Source of the DNA: Schaalia meyeri
GTDB lineage: Bacteria > Actinomycetota > Actinomycetes > Actinomycetales > Actinomycetaceae
Direction of reading: 5' to 3'
Assembly: GCF_900105015.1 (NCBI RefSeq)
Contig: NZ_FNLK01000010.1
Location: 150,001 to 182,000 of the forward strand
Length of the DNA stretch: 32,000 nt
The notes under the pieces were generated by a model that saw only the letters and a program-made list of their open reading frames with translations, was not told the DNA's origin and did not search any database. Below are positions 1-7,797 of the stretch, piece after piece. The number at the start of each line of letters is the position of its first letter. Positions within the stretch are counted from its first letter, which is position 1. The position numbers and the translations under genes are program-made.

Positions 1-296
1 TGCTCGGTTCGGTCTCCCTGATCCTACAGACCCGCTCCATCCGCGCCCGCGTCGAGGTTCTGCTCGGTGCGCTCACCGGCCTGACGACGATCCTGGTCGC
101 CGCGACCCTCGCGACCCGCGCGGATCCGACGACACTGTCGTGGATCACCCTCTCGTCAATCGCCGCCGCCTTGATCCTGGTGGTCACGAACGTCGTCGGG
201 CCTCGCGCCCGCCCGCACCTGACGCGCATCGCGGACACGATTTCTGTGCTGTCGCTCTTTGTCCTGATCCCTCTGGCCGTCTACCTCTGGGGCTGA
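1..296 (+). CDS. eccD: 3' end of a polytopic membrane protein, probably T7SS EccD (partial; the start lies upstream of the window)
   Basis: Frame 3 is open from the window edge to TGA at 294-296. My translation is ...LGALTGLTTILVAATLA...SWITLSSIAAALILVVTNVV...RIADTISVLSLFVLIPLAVYLWG*, a run of hydrophobic helices with the style of an EccD C-terminus. The stop lies 3 nt before the eccB-like ATG. It is not in the ORF track because no start codon falls inside the window. Confidence 0.5.
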   Translation, partial: LGSVSLILQTRSIRARVEVLLGALTGLTTILVAATLATRADPTTLSWITLSSIAAALILVVTNVVGPRARPHLTRIADTISVLSLFVLIPLAVYLWG

Positions 297-299
297 ACC

Positions 300-1751
300 A
301 TGCCGTCGAGTAAAGACATTCTTGAAGCCCAGCGTTTCAACCGCAACCGCCTGATCACCGCATTCACGTCGGGCACGCCGGACGGCCACGAGGTCGACAC
401 TCCCTCCCCCGTGCGCCCGCTGATTTTCGGCACAGTCGTCGCCGTCATCATGTGCGTCGTCGGATTGGGCATCCGTTTCTTCAACCCGAATCCGGACCTG
501 ACCGCCTCGAACTACGTGTTGGTTGACGTCAAGTCCACTGGCGCCCGGTATTTCTGGGCGAACGGCGTGCTTCACCCGATCACGAACGTGACGACGGCCA
601 GGCTCCTGGCCCAGGAGTCGGGGCTTGAGGTCATCTCGGCCAGCGCCTCGGCCCTCAAGGACATCCCGCGAGGTGCACAGATCGGCCTGCCCGGCGTCCC
701 CGACGACGTGCCCGCTTCGTCGCAGCTGGGCCACACGTGGCTGTCGTGCGACCTGGAAGATACGTACCACACGTGGATCGCCGAGTCCCTGCCAACCGAC
801 AACTTCCCCCTGAAAGCGGCCACGTCGGCGCTGGTGACCCCCGATCACGGGGCCACCAAGTACTTCGTGGATGGAACCACGAACAAAAAGTACCTGGTCG
901 ACGAAACCGATAGCCGACAGAGCGAGTGGGCGCTCGCCTTCCAAAACATCATGGGCTATCCGATCGAGGCAGAACCCGCGTGGGTGGACCTGTTCCCCTC
1001 CGGCACGCCGCTGAAGTCGTGGAGCTACTCGGACATCCCGAACGCCGGACAGCCCGCGAACGAGCTGCCGGGACCGCTAAAGAATGAAAACCTGACGATC
1101 GGCACGGTCATCCAGCAGACCAGCACGAACGGAGAGGTCCTGAACTCATACCTGGTCCTCACTTCGTCGCAGCTGGCGGTGTTTAACTCGACTGCCTCGC
1201 GCCTGTACAAGGACGCGCCGCCCACCCGGCCCTTCCCGACGGACATGTTCAAGGATGTGACCCCCGTTCACGCGGACTTTATCGGCGAAGACTGGCCGCT
1301 CTACGAGCACTTTGCCGACGCCCAGTGGGCCGACCCGAAGGCGGACGCCTCAAGCCGCACCGCCCTGTGCGCTCAGATGTCCACCACCGACCACGCGGTG
1401 CCTCAGCTCGGACTGTACGTGATGCCCAACCAGCGGGCCGTTCAGGCCGCATACGACGCCGAATCCGTGTCCTCCACCTCCGGCCCGACCACCACGCGCA
1501 CGGTGACGGTCGCGGGTGGCTCCGGCGCGCTCGTCGCAATCACCTCGGGAGGCGGAGAGGCTGCGGCCTACGCGTTCGTCTCTGACCAGGGGCACATGCA
1601 CTCCCTCGGGGCCTCTCCCAGTGCGTCGATCAACGCGCTCGGCTGGGCCCAGACGGACGCCTCCGCAATCCCCGAGGCCTGGGCGCTCCTTATCCCGCCC
1701 GGTACCGACCTGACGCCCCAGGCCGCGGCGACCTCAGTGGGGTTGTCGTGA
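300..1751 (+). CDS. eccB: Type VII secretion system protein EccB
   Basis: 483 aa with a single N-terminal TM segment (RPLIFGTVVAVIMCVVGLGIRFF). EccB-family landmarks follow: GVLHPITNVTTARLL, GAQIGLPGVPDDVP and TWLSCDLED. Size and the repeat-like extracytoplasmic body fit EccB. It sits between the eccD-like end and mycP. Confidence 0.85.
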   Translation: MPSSKDILEAQRFNRNRLITAFTSGTPDGHEVDTPSPVRPLIFGTVVAVIMCVVGLGIRFFNPNPDLTASNYVLVDVKSTGARYFWANGVLHPITNVTTARLLAQESGLEVISASASALKDIPRGAQIGLPGVPDDVPASSQLGHTWLSCDLEDTYHTWIAESLPTDNFPLKAATSALVTPDHGATKYFVDGTTNKKYLVDETDSRQSEWALAFQNIMGYPIEAEPAWVDLFPSGTPLKSWSYSDIPNAGQPANELPGPLKNENLTIGTVIQQTSTNGEVLNSYLVLTSSQLAVFNSTASRLYKDAPPTRPFPTDMFKDVTPVHADFIGEDWPLYEHFADAQWADPKADASSRTALCAQMSTTDHAVPQLGLYVMPNQRAVQAAYDAESVSSTSGPTTTRTVTVAGGSGALVAITSGGGEAAAYAFVSDQGHMHSLGASPSASINALGWAQTDASAIPEAWALLIPPGTDLTPQAAATSVGLS

Positions 1752-3178
1752 GCCGCGGGCGCGCACGGTCTCGGGTTTTGAGTCGAGGCCTGGTCGGTGC
1801 CGCGCTGACGACGGGCCTCGCGCTCGCGCCCCTGTTTGCGCCCCTTTCCGCTCCTGCGGACCGGGCCGGGGAGTCCTCCGCTTTCGGGCCCGCCGTTGCT
1901 CACGCGGATCCGACGCCTGCACCGAGTGTGCGGCCCACGCCCACGACCCCGCCATCGGAGGCGCCCACGCCGACTCCGAGCTCAAGCGCAGACCAGACCT
2001 GCCCGAAGGAAACGCCGACCTACATCAAGACTCAGCCCACGATCCTCGACCAGGTTGGGGTGCGGCGCGCGTGGGATGTCACGCGGGGCGCGGGCGTTAA
2101 GGTGGCCGTCGTAGATTCTGGTGTCGCCGCGGGTAACGCGCACTTCAATGCGGGCGGCCAGACCGTCGTGTTGCCGGGCACCGACCTCAGCGGCGAAAAC
2201 ACCGACGGGCGCGTTGACGTGGGCGAGCACGGCACCGCCATCGCCGGCGCGATCGCCGCCAGGCAACTGCCATCCTCCACGGGGTCGGGGCTGGTCGGCG
2301 TGGCCCCCGAGGCTCAGATCCTGCCCGTCCGCGTCGAGACCGGCCTCGAGCAGGGAAACAACCAAAAAAAGGGGGAGGAAACCTACCTGCAGCGCCTGGG
2401 CCGTGCGATTCGGTGGGCCGCCGACCACGGCGCCCAGATCATCGTCGTTGCTCAGTCAACGAAGGAGGACGACCCGGACCTGAAGGCGGCCATTCAGGCC
2501 GTGCGTGGCCGCGCGCTCGTCGTCGCCTCGACCGGCAATACGTACCAGGACCAGGAGAATAACGTCGTCGTCTACCCGGCCGGGTACGAGGGCGTGCTGG
2601 CGGTGACCGCCACGAACGCGGACGGTTCGGCGTCCGACCAGCAGGTGCACGGCGCACACGTCGATCTGGCCGTCCCCGCGGGGGTCATTCACACGACCTG
2701 GTTCGACCAGGCCGACTGCATGGTTGGGGGGCACTCTGGGAGCACGCCCCTGCCGTCATCCTCGTACGCGACCGCCTACGCCGGTGGATTCGCCGCCCTG
2801 GTTGCCGCCCAGTTCCCGGGCGAGGGCCCCGACATGTGGAAATACCGCCTGGAGGTGACGGCCCTGCGCGGGACCGCCGACCAGCGTACCGACGAACTGG
2901 GCTGGGGTATTGTTGCGCCCTACGACGCCCTCACCTTTGGCGACATTGGAACCAGGTATGGGCCGCCGCACCCGAACGCCGCCGAGCACCCCGCTCCGCT
3001 GCGCCCTGCCGAGGCATCGGCTAACCTGACAAACCGAGACAATAACCTGACGATCCGCGCATACATTGTGTCGGCGGTGGCGGTCCTCGGTTCCGCACTG
3101 CTGGGCGGTTTAGTGATTCTGTCGCACCTGCGCGGCAGGCCAAAGAATATCGATGAGTCGGAAGAGGACCTGTCATGA
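1748..3178 (+). CDS. mycP: Mycosin (MycP), a membrane-anchored S8 subtilisin-like protease of the T7SS
   Basis: The GTG start overlaps the eccB stop (GTGA at 1748-1751). It has an N-terminal signal-like segment and a Pro/Thr-rich linker. S8 triad contexts are VAVVDSGV (Asp), EHGTAIAGAIAA (His) and SSSYATAYAGGFAALVAA (Ser). The C-terminal TM anchor IRAYIVSAVAVLGSALLGGLVILSHL followed by basic residues is the mycosin hallmark. Confidence 0.85.
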   Translation: MSRGRARSRVLSRGLVGAALTTGLALAPLFAPLSAPADRAGESSAFGPAVAHADPTPAPSVRPTPTTPPSEAPTPTPSSSADQTCPKETPTYIKTQPTILDQVGVRRAWDVTRGAGVKVAVVDSGVAAGNAHFNAGGQTVVLPGTDLSGENTDGRVDVGEHGTAIAGAIAARQLPSSTGSGLVGVAPEAQILPVRVETGLEQGNNQKKGEETYLQRLGRAIRWAADHGAQIIVVAQSTKEDDPDLKAAIQAVRGRALVVASTGNTYQDQENNVVVYPAGYEGVLAVTATNADGSASDQQVHGAHVDLAVPAGVIHTTWFDQADCMVGGHSGSTPLPSSSYATAYAGGFAALVAAQFPGEGPDMWKYRLEVTALRGTADQRTDELGWGIVAPYDALTFGDIGTRYGPPHPNAAEHPAPLRPAEASANLTNRDNNLTIRAYIVSAVAVLGSALLGGLVILSHLRGRPKNIDESEEDLS

Positions 3179-4359
3179 CCAGGAATGTGAGGCGTCGGTG
3201 TCGGCGCGCGTGCATGGTTGCACTCGGCGTTGTTGTGCTGGTCGCCGGGACCACGCTGCTGCCCGCTGCTCCCGCGCGGGCTGTCGATCCGCCGCTGACG
3301 GGCAACGAGCAGGAGTACTACACGCACTACAGGATCCGGTCGCTGCACTCGCAGGGATACACCGGTAAGGGCACAGTCATCGCGATGATCGACGGGACCG
3401 TGAACCCGAATATTCCCGAGCTGGCGGGCGCGAATATCGTGGACAAGAGCCCGTGCCCCGTGAATTCCACGGCCGAACACGCTGATCACGGAACGCTGGT
3501 TGCACAGCTCCTGGTGGCGCCCGAGTTTGGCGTGGCCCCCGGGGCGACGCTCCACACCTACGCCGTTCAGTTGAACGGCGACAGAGAGGGACAGACCTGT
3601 GATTTGCCCGGGTGGACCGGCACAGAAGGAACCGATACCTCGCTGCTGATTGAGCAAGCGATCAATGACGGCGCGGACATTATCACGATCTCAAGCAGCT
3701 ACCCCGGATACTCCGAAGACCTGCGTTGGGCGATGGCGAGGGCCATCGACCAGGGAGTCATGGTGGTTGCTTCGATGGGAAATGACTCCACGGAGGACCC
3801 TGACGACACGTTACCGTCGTGGTCGGGTATATGCGGGGTCGGTGCAGTCTTGAAAAACGGTTCCCTCACCGACTATACGAACTGGGGTAACGGGATCTTT
3901 ACCGCCGCATTGGGCGGCGTTTACTACCGCAGTGGCACGGATAAGAAAATCTACTTCGGGGAAGGTACGTCCTTTTCGACGCCTATCGTCGCCGGGTTCC
4001 TGGCTATCGCGTGGCAGAGGTTTGACGACGCCAATGCCAACCGGATCCTGCAGGCCCTCGCCGAGTCAGGCAAGAAGAACTGGAACAAGTACACGGGCTA
4101 CGGTCCGATCGACCCATGGGCCTTCCTCAATACCGATCCGTCGAATCTGCCAAATGAGAATCCGTGCGAGTCAAAAACGTATGCCTCGGACCCCAGCTGG
4201 CAAGATGTCGAAGACTATATTGATGGCACCGTTAATCCGCTGCTGATCAGGAACGACGACTCTTACGTCTATCGGGGGATTAACGAGGATGCGGCCCTTA
4301 GCGACCAGCACGACTATCCCGTGCACCTGGGCACCAGCCCCAGGTATCACGCGCAGTGA
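3175..4359 (+). CDS. Second S8 family serine protease (mycosin paralogue) with a signal peptide but no C-terminal membrane anchor
   Basis: ATGA overlap with the mycP stop at 3175-3178. The signal peptide is MVALGVVVLVAGTTLLPAAPARA. Triad contexts are VIAMIDGTV (Asp), DHGTLVAQLL (His) and GTSFSTPIVAGFLAIA (Ser). The C-terminus ...HLGTSPRYHAQ is hydrophilic with no TM segment. Confidence 0.8.
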   Translation: MTRNVRRRCRRACMVALGVVVLVAGTTLLPAAPARAVDPPLTGNEQEYYTHYRIRSLHSQGYTGKGTVIAMIDGTVNPNIPELAGANIVDKSPCPVNSTAEHADHGTLVAQLLVAPEFGVAPGATLHTYAVQLNGDREGQTCDLPGWTGTEGTDTSLLIEQAINDGADIITISSSYPGYSEDLRWAMARAIDQGVMVVASMGNDSTEDPDDTLPSWSGICGVGAVLKNGSLTDYTNWGNGIFTAALGGVYYRSGTDKKIYFGEGTSFSTPIVAGFLAIAWQRFDDANANRILQALAESGKKNWNKYTGYGPIDPWAFLNTDPSNLPNENPCESKTYASDPSWQDVEDYIDGTVNPLLIRNDDSYVYRGINEDAALSDQHDYPVHLGTSPRYHAQ

Positions 4360-4483
4360 CGCATCCGCGCAAGTCCGCAGGTTGAGACATTGATTCTGAA
4401 CCCATTGGCGGATCACGCGATTCTCGCGGGCGAGGGCAGGGTCTCTGCAGCCAAAGTGCTGTACAGGTGGCTGGGGAGTCGGT

Positions 4484-4495
4484 TAGAATAACCGT
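4484..4495 (+). promoter_or_regulatory. Putative -10 box (TAGAAT, 4484-4489) positioned for a leaderless transcript starting at the ATG at 4496
   Basis: TAGAAT matches the TANNNT actinobacterial -10 consensus. Six nt separate it from the ATG at 4496, and there is no Shine-Dalgarno between them. It lies in a 136-bp gap after the protease gene. No convincing -35 was seen. Confidence 0.3.
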
Positions 4496-4882
4496 ATGGT
4501 AGATGTGATGGGGCAGACCCCCGAAGAAATTAGACAGACTCTGCGAGAACAAGTGGCGGCAGCCGAGAAGAGGGCCGCTGCCACACAGGAGCTCGTTGAG
4601 CTTTTGAAGTCAGCCAAGGCATCCGGCTTTGATTCCCGGCGCGAGATTGAGGCTGAGGTGGATCCTGAAGGACACCTCGTGAAACTGTCAATCGACGAAG
4701 ACGCCCTCGAAGGCAGCGCTCGGGACCTCGAGGAAGGGGTTATGGAGGCCTACGCGAACGCGGGGCGTAGCATGCGTGACTACATTCAGCGGGAGACGAT
4801 CGATCGCCTCGGCGAAGACGGCGGTTCGCTGAAGGATTACCTCGACAAGATGGACTCGAGCCTCGGCTCGCTGGGGCGCTGA
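4496..4882 (+). CDS. YbaB/EbfC-like small protein (EspL-like T7SS accessory or chaperone candidate)
   Basis: 128 aa with an N-terminal coiled helix (EEIRQTLREQVAAAEKRAAATQELVELL). The YbaB-type core is EAEVDPEGHLVKLSIDEDALEGSARDLEEGVMEAYANAGRSM. It is the first gene of the substrate-type operon. The alternative ATG at 4508 cannot be excluded. Confidence 0.6.
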   Translation: MVDVMGQTPEEIRQTLREQVAAAEKRAAATQELVELLKSAKASGFDSRREIEAEVDPEGHLVKLSIDEDALEGSARDLEEGVMEAYANAGRSMRDYIQRETIDRLGEDGGSLKDYLDKMDSSLGSLGR

Positions 4883-4888
4883 TCGCAC

Positions 4889-6241
4889 ATGAGTACAGGT
4901 TCCCCCGATCTCGGTGTCGATACAGGACTCATCCGTTCGCACGCGTCCAACGTCAGTAACTGCGCATCAACCCTCGACCAGAACGTGAGCGTCGCCAGCG
5001 GTACGCAAGGGCAGGTGGGCGGTAACGCGTTCGGCATTATCTGTTCATTCTTCGTTCCTCCGGTCAGTTCACAGATCCGGAATCTGCAGGGAATGATCTC
5101 CGACTGTGCTGGGGCCGAATCTCGTTTGGTGAGCTGCCTCCTGCAGTGGGCGGAGGAAATGGACGACCTCGAAGACCGCATCCGAGAGAAGCTGTCCAAA
5201 ATCGACAAGGAACAAGGCGGCGACAACAAGCCGACTGACTGTCGGCGTCCCCGTCCCAACGGTCCCACTACTGGCAACGGAAGCGGCAACGGTGACAGAA
5301 CCGGCGGTGGTTCCACCTCCGGTGGCGGCGGTGGTGGAGGCGGCGGTTCTACCTCCGGTGGCGGAGGCGGCGGTGGTTCCACTCACGGCGGCGGAGGCGG
5401 CGACGGTTCCACTCATGGTGGTGGGGGCGGCGGTTCCACCGAGGACTCATCTAAACCCAAGATGCCTATCCCCGAAACCCCGGGACGTCACAGCTCCCAA
5501 GCCGGCGGTGCGGCTGATGGCAGCACCACCGGTAAGGATGGACACGGCGGTCATGACGGCCATGACGGTACCGGCAGGGACGGTAAAGATGGTCACGACG
5601 GCCACAAAGGCGCCGCCGAGGATACCGCCAGAAAAGGTGGCTCCGGCGGAGCGGGTGATTTCGACAGCATCCTTGGCGGACATGACAAGGTGAACGTTGA
5701 CGACGATCAGCTGCGCGCATTCCTCGAGAAGCAGCGCAATGATGAAAACACCGATCTCGCCACGTTCTACGAGCGTCAGCGGGCCGATCAGAGTGAGGCG
5801 CTCGCCCGCTACGCTGAGGCTCACCCCGGTCAGGACATCTCCGAAGTCAAGTCTTTGATCGAGTCGAATCAGCAGCAGCAACAGGACGCGATGACGGATT
5901 TCCTCTCACGGCAACGAACGGAAGAGGAATCGCAGATCCGGCAGTATCTGCAGGAGCATCCGAAGGCCACCAGTCGCGACTTCGACACGTTCATGTCGCA
6001 GCAGCGCAATGAGCAAGAGGCGAGCTACCGTTCCTTTGTCGAGGAGCAGCAGAAGGCTCAGAATGCCCGAATCGAGGAGTTTACAAAGTCTCACCCCGAT
6101 TCGAGGCCGGATGATGTGCGTTCGCTCTTTGAGCGACAGGATAGTAACGGCGACAAGGACATCGAAAAGTTCCTCCAACGTCAACGTCAGGATGAGGAGC
6201 GCACCTTGCGTCGCTTCATGTTCGAAGGAGTGAAGAAGTGA
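4889..6241 (+). CDS. T7SS-associated protein: EspC-like (type VII secretion target) N-terminal domain, poly-Gly and Asp-Gly-His low-complexity segments, and a repeated Gln/Arg/Glu-rich C-terminal module
   Basis: 450 aa. Residues 1-110 (...GGNAFGIICSFFVPP...LVSCLLQWAEEMDDLEDRI) resemble the EspC/type VII secretion target fold family. Next come GGGSTSGGGGGGGGGSTSGGGGGGGSTHGGGGGDGSTHGGGGGGST and DGHGGHDGHDGTGRDGKDGHDGHKG. Seven copies of an F-x-x-(R/Q)-Q-R-x-(D/E)-(E/Q)...(F/Y) motif then follow. The gene is coupled to the next gene by a GTGA overlap. Confidence 0.7.
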   Translation: MSTGSPDLGVDTGLIRSHASNVSNCASTLDQNVSVASGTQGQVGGNAFGIICSFFVPPVSSQIRNLQGMISDCAGAESRLVSCLLQWAEEMDDLEDRIREKLSKIDKEQGGDNKPTDCRRPRPNGPTTGNGSGNGDRTGGGSTSGGGGGGGGGSTSGGGGGGGSTHGGGGGDGSTHGGGGGGSTEDSSKPKMPIPETPGRHSSQAGGAADGSTTGKDGHGGHDGHDGTGRDGKDGHDGHKGAAEDTARKGGSGGAGDFDSILGGHDKVNVDDDQLRAFLEKQRNDENTDLATFYERQRADQSEALARYAEAHPGQDISEVKSLIESNQQQQQDAMTDFLSRQRTEEESQIRQYLQEHPKATSRDFDTFMSQQRNEQEASYRSFVEEQQKAQNARIEEFTKSHPDSRPDDVRSLFERQDSNGDKDIEKFLQRQRQDEERTLRRFMFEGVKK

Positions 6242-7686
6242 GTCTTGAGGCTCCCACACATACCCGGAGTATCGATAACACAACTCCGACCGAAGGCCTA
6301 GGGGCCATCGACGACATCTACAATGCCGTCCAGGACATGAAGTCCGGCGACGTGACGACTCTCGTCAGCGCGGCCCAAAGCCTCGTGAGCGAGGCCGGTA
6401 ATATGGTGCTCGACCCCATTGGCGGTTTAGGCGGCATGGTCGTTGAGTGGATCCTGCAGCACGTCGAACCCCTCAAGGGATGGGTAAACCAGGTGACTGG
6501 CGATTCCGCTCAGGTCTATGGAATGAGCGCGAGCTGGGACTCGATCTCGAGTTCGCTCTCCTCCGTCGCCGACGAACTCGACGACGATTCACAAAGCGCC
6601 ATGTCGAACATGCGGGGTGAGGCGGTTCGCGCCTATCTTGAGCGCCAGTCGATCGTTGTGAGTGCGATTCGTGCGATTGCTGAAGCATCGGGCGCATTCA
6701 GTGAGGCTCTGAACAAAGTCGCCGACTCGGTTGACAACATTCACGATGCCATCGTCAGCGCGATTGCGGACATCGTTGTGACCTGCTTCCAGGTGGTTGC
6801 AGAAGTCCTTATGACGTTTGGTGCCGCGACGCCGGTTGCGGCAGCACAAGTCTCCTCGAAGGTCTCGAAGTGGGCGTCGCGCATCGGGCCGATCCTGGAG
6901 GTCCTCACCCACGCCCTCGAAGCCCTTCAGGCAATTTTCGCCGTGTTGACGTCTGCTGGCAGCGATCTGACTCGCGACGCGAAGAAGATTGGCGAGCAGT
7001 GCCAGGGACCCCGCAGGGGCGGCTGCTGTGGCGGCAATGAGCCTCCCACAGGTCGAAGAAGAAGGGGTGACGGTTCTTCGAATGGCGATGACCGGGATGA
7101 CGGCAGAGTCCGTAATGGTGAGACCGGCGGTGTGACCGGAACGGGTAACGTCGGCGGCGATAACAACGGCACCATCGACAATAGTCGACACGATGATCAC
7201 CACACCGAATACAACCCAACTATCAATATCAATCGCGGTGACAAGGGATCGTCGGGCAAAGACGGCGGCCATGACTCGGGCGATGATCGTCGCAACGGCT
7301 CTTCGGATGGGCGTTCCAGGTCCCGCGACAAGTCGCACGATGGCAGCGGTGACAAGGGGAAGGGCTCATCTAAGGGCTCCGACCATGGTGACAGGCATCG
7401 CGGTGGCAAAGACCACGGCGGCAAGGACCATGGTGGGCACCGTGGCGGTAACCACGGTAGCAACCACGGCGGTAACCATGGTGGTAACCACGGCGGGCAC
7501 CATGGCGGTAACCATGGTGGTAACCACGGTGGGCACCATGGTGGTAACCACGGTGGGCACCATGGTGGTAACCATGGTGGTAACCACGGTGGGCACCATG
7601 GTGGTAACCACGGTGGGCACCACGGCGGTAACCATGGTGGCGGCCATCATGGTGGCGGCCACCATCGCCACCGCCGCCATCACTGA
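6238..7686 (+). CDS. WXG100-like / actinobacterial T7SS-signal-domain protein with a His-Gly-Asn repeat C-terminus
   Basis: 482 aa. The N-terminal ~260 aa are helical, with the signature seen at the N-termini of actinobacterial T7SS substrates and polymorphic toxins: VLDPIGGLGGMVVEWILQHVEPLKGWVNQVTGDSAQVYGMSASWDSI...SNMRGEAVRAY (the WxG position reads MRG). The middle is a Gly/Asp/Arg/Ser-rich linker. In the last 101 residues I count 33 His, arranged as (N/H)HGG tetrapeptides and ending HHRHRRHH. Confidence 0.75.
   Translation: MSLEAPTHTRSIDNTTPTEGLGAIDDIYNAVQDMKSGDVTTLVSAAQSLVSEAGNMVLDPIGGLGGMVVEWILQHVEPLKGWVNQVTGDSAQVYGMSASWDSISSSLSSVADELDDDSQSAMSNMRGEAVRAYLERQSIVVSAIRAIAEASGAFSEALNKVADSVDNIHDAIVSAIADIVVTCFQVVAEVLMTFGAATPVAAAQVSSKVSKWASRIGPILEVLTHALEALQAIFAVLTSAGSDLTRDAKKIGEQCQGPRRGGCCGGNEPPTGRRRRGDGSSNGDDRDDGRVRNGETGGVTGTGNVGGDNNGTIDNSRHDDHHTEYNPTININRGDKGSSGKDGGHDSGDDRRNGSSDGRSRSRDKSHDGSGDKGKGSSKGSDHGDRHRGGKDHGGKDHGGHRGGNHGSNHGGNHGGNHGGHHGGNHGGNHGGHHGGNHGGHHGGNHGGNHGGHHGGNHGGHHGGNHGGGHHGGGHHRHRRHH
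7441..7680 (+). repeat. In-frame tandem repeat: 12-bp unit (ggt/ggc-aac/cac-cac/cat-ggt) with a 60-bp higher-order repeat
   Basis: The 60-nt blocks 7501-7560 and 7561-7620 are identical except for one base (c at 7506 versus t at 7566). Flanking blocks 7441-7500 and 7621-7680 are degenerate copies. The region encodes the NHGG/HHGG tail of the 6238-7686 protein. Confidence 0.9.
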
Positions 7687-7797
7687 TGCGCTGGCCGGGA
7701 AGCATGGGGTGACCGGGTAAACGAACCGTGAAGCAGTGCCGGTTTGCTGGTTTCCTGACAGCTCAGCGGCACGGCTGCCTCCGCTTGGCCAGATTAT

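Noticed and set aside
156-944. A 262-aa minus-strand ORF, plus several 60-150-aa ORFs across 280-3700
   Set aside because: They overlap eccB and mycP in antisense or alternative frames. They are Arg/Gly/Pro-rich and lack motifs. The plus-strand genes have clear family signatures.
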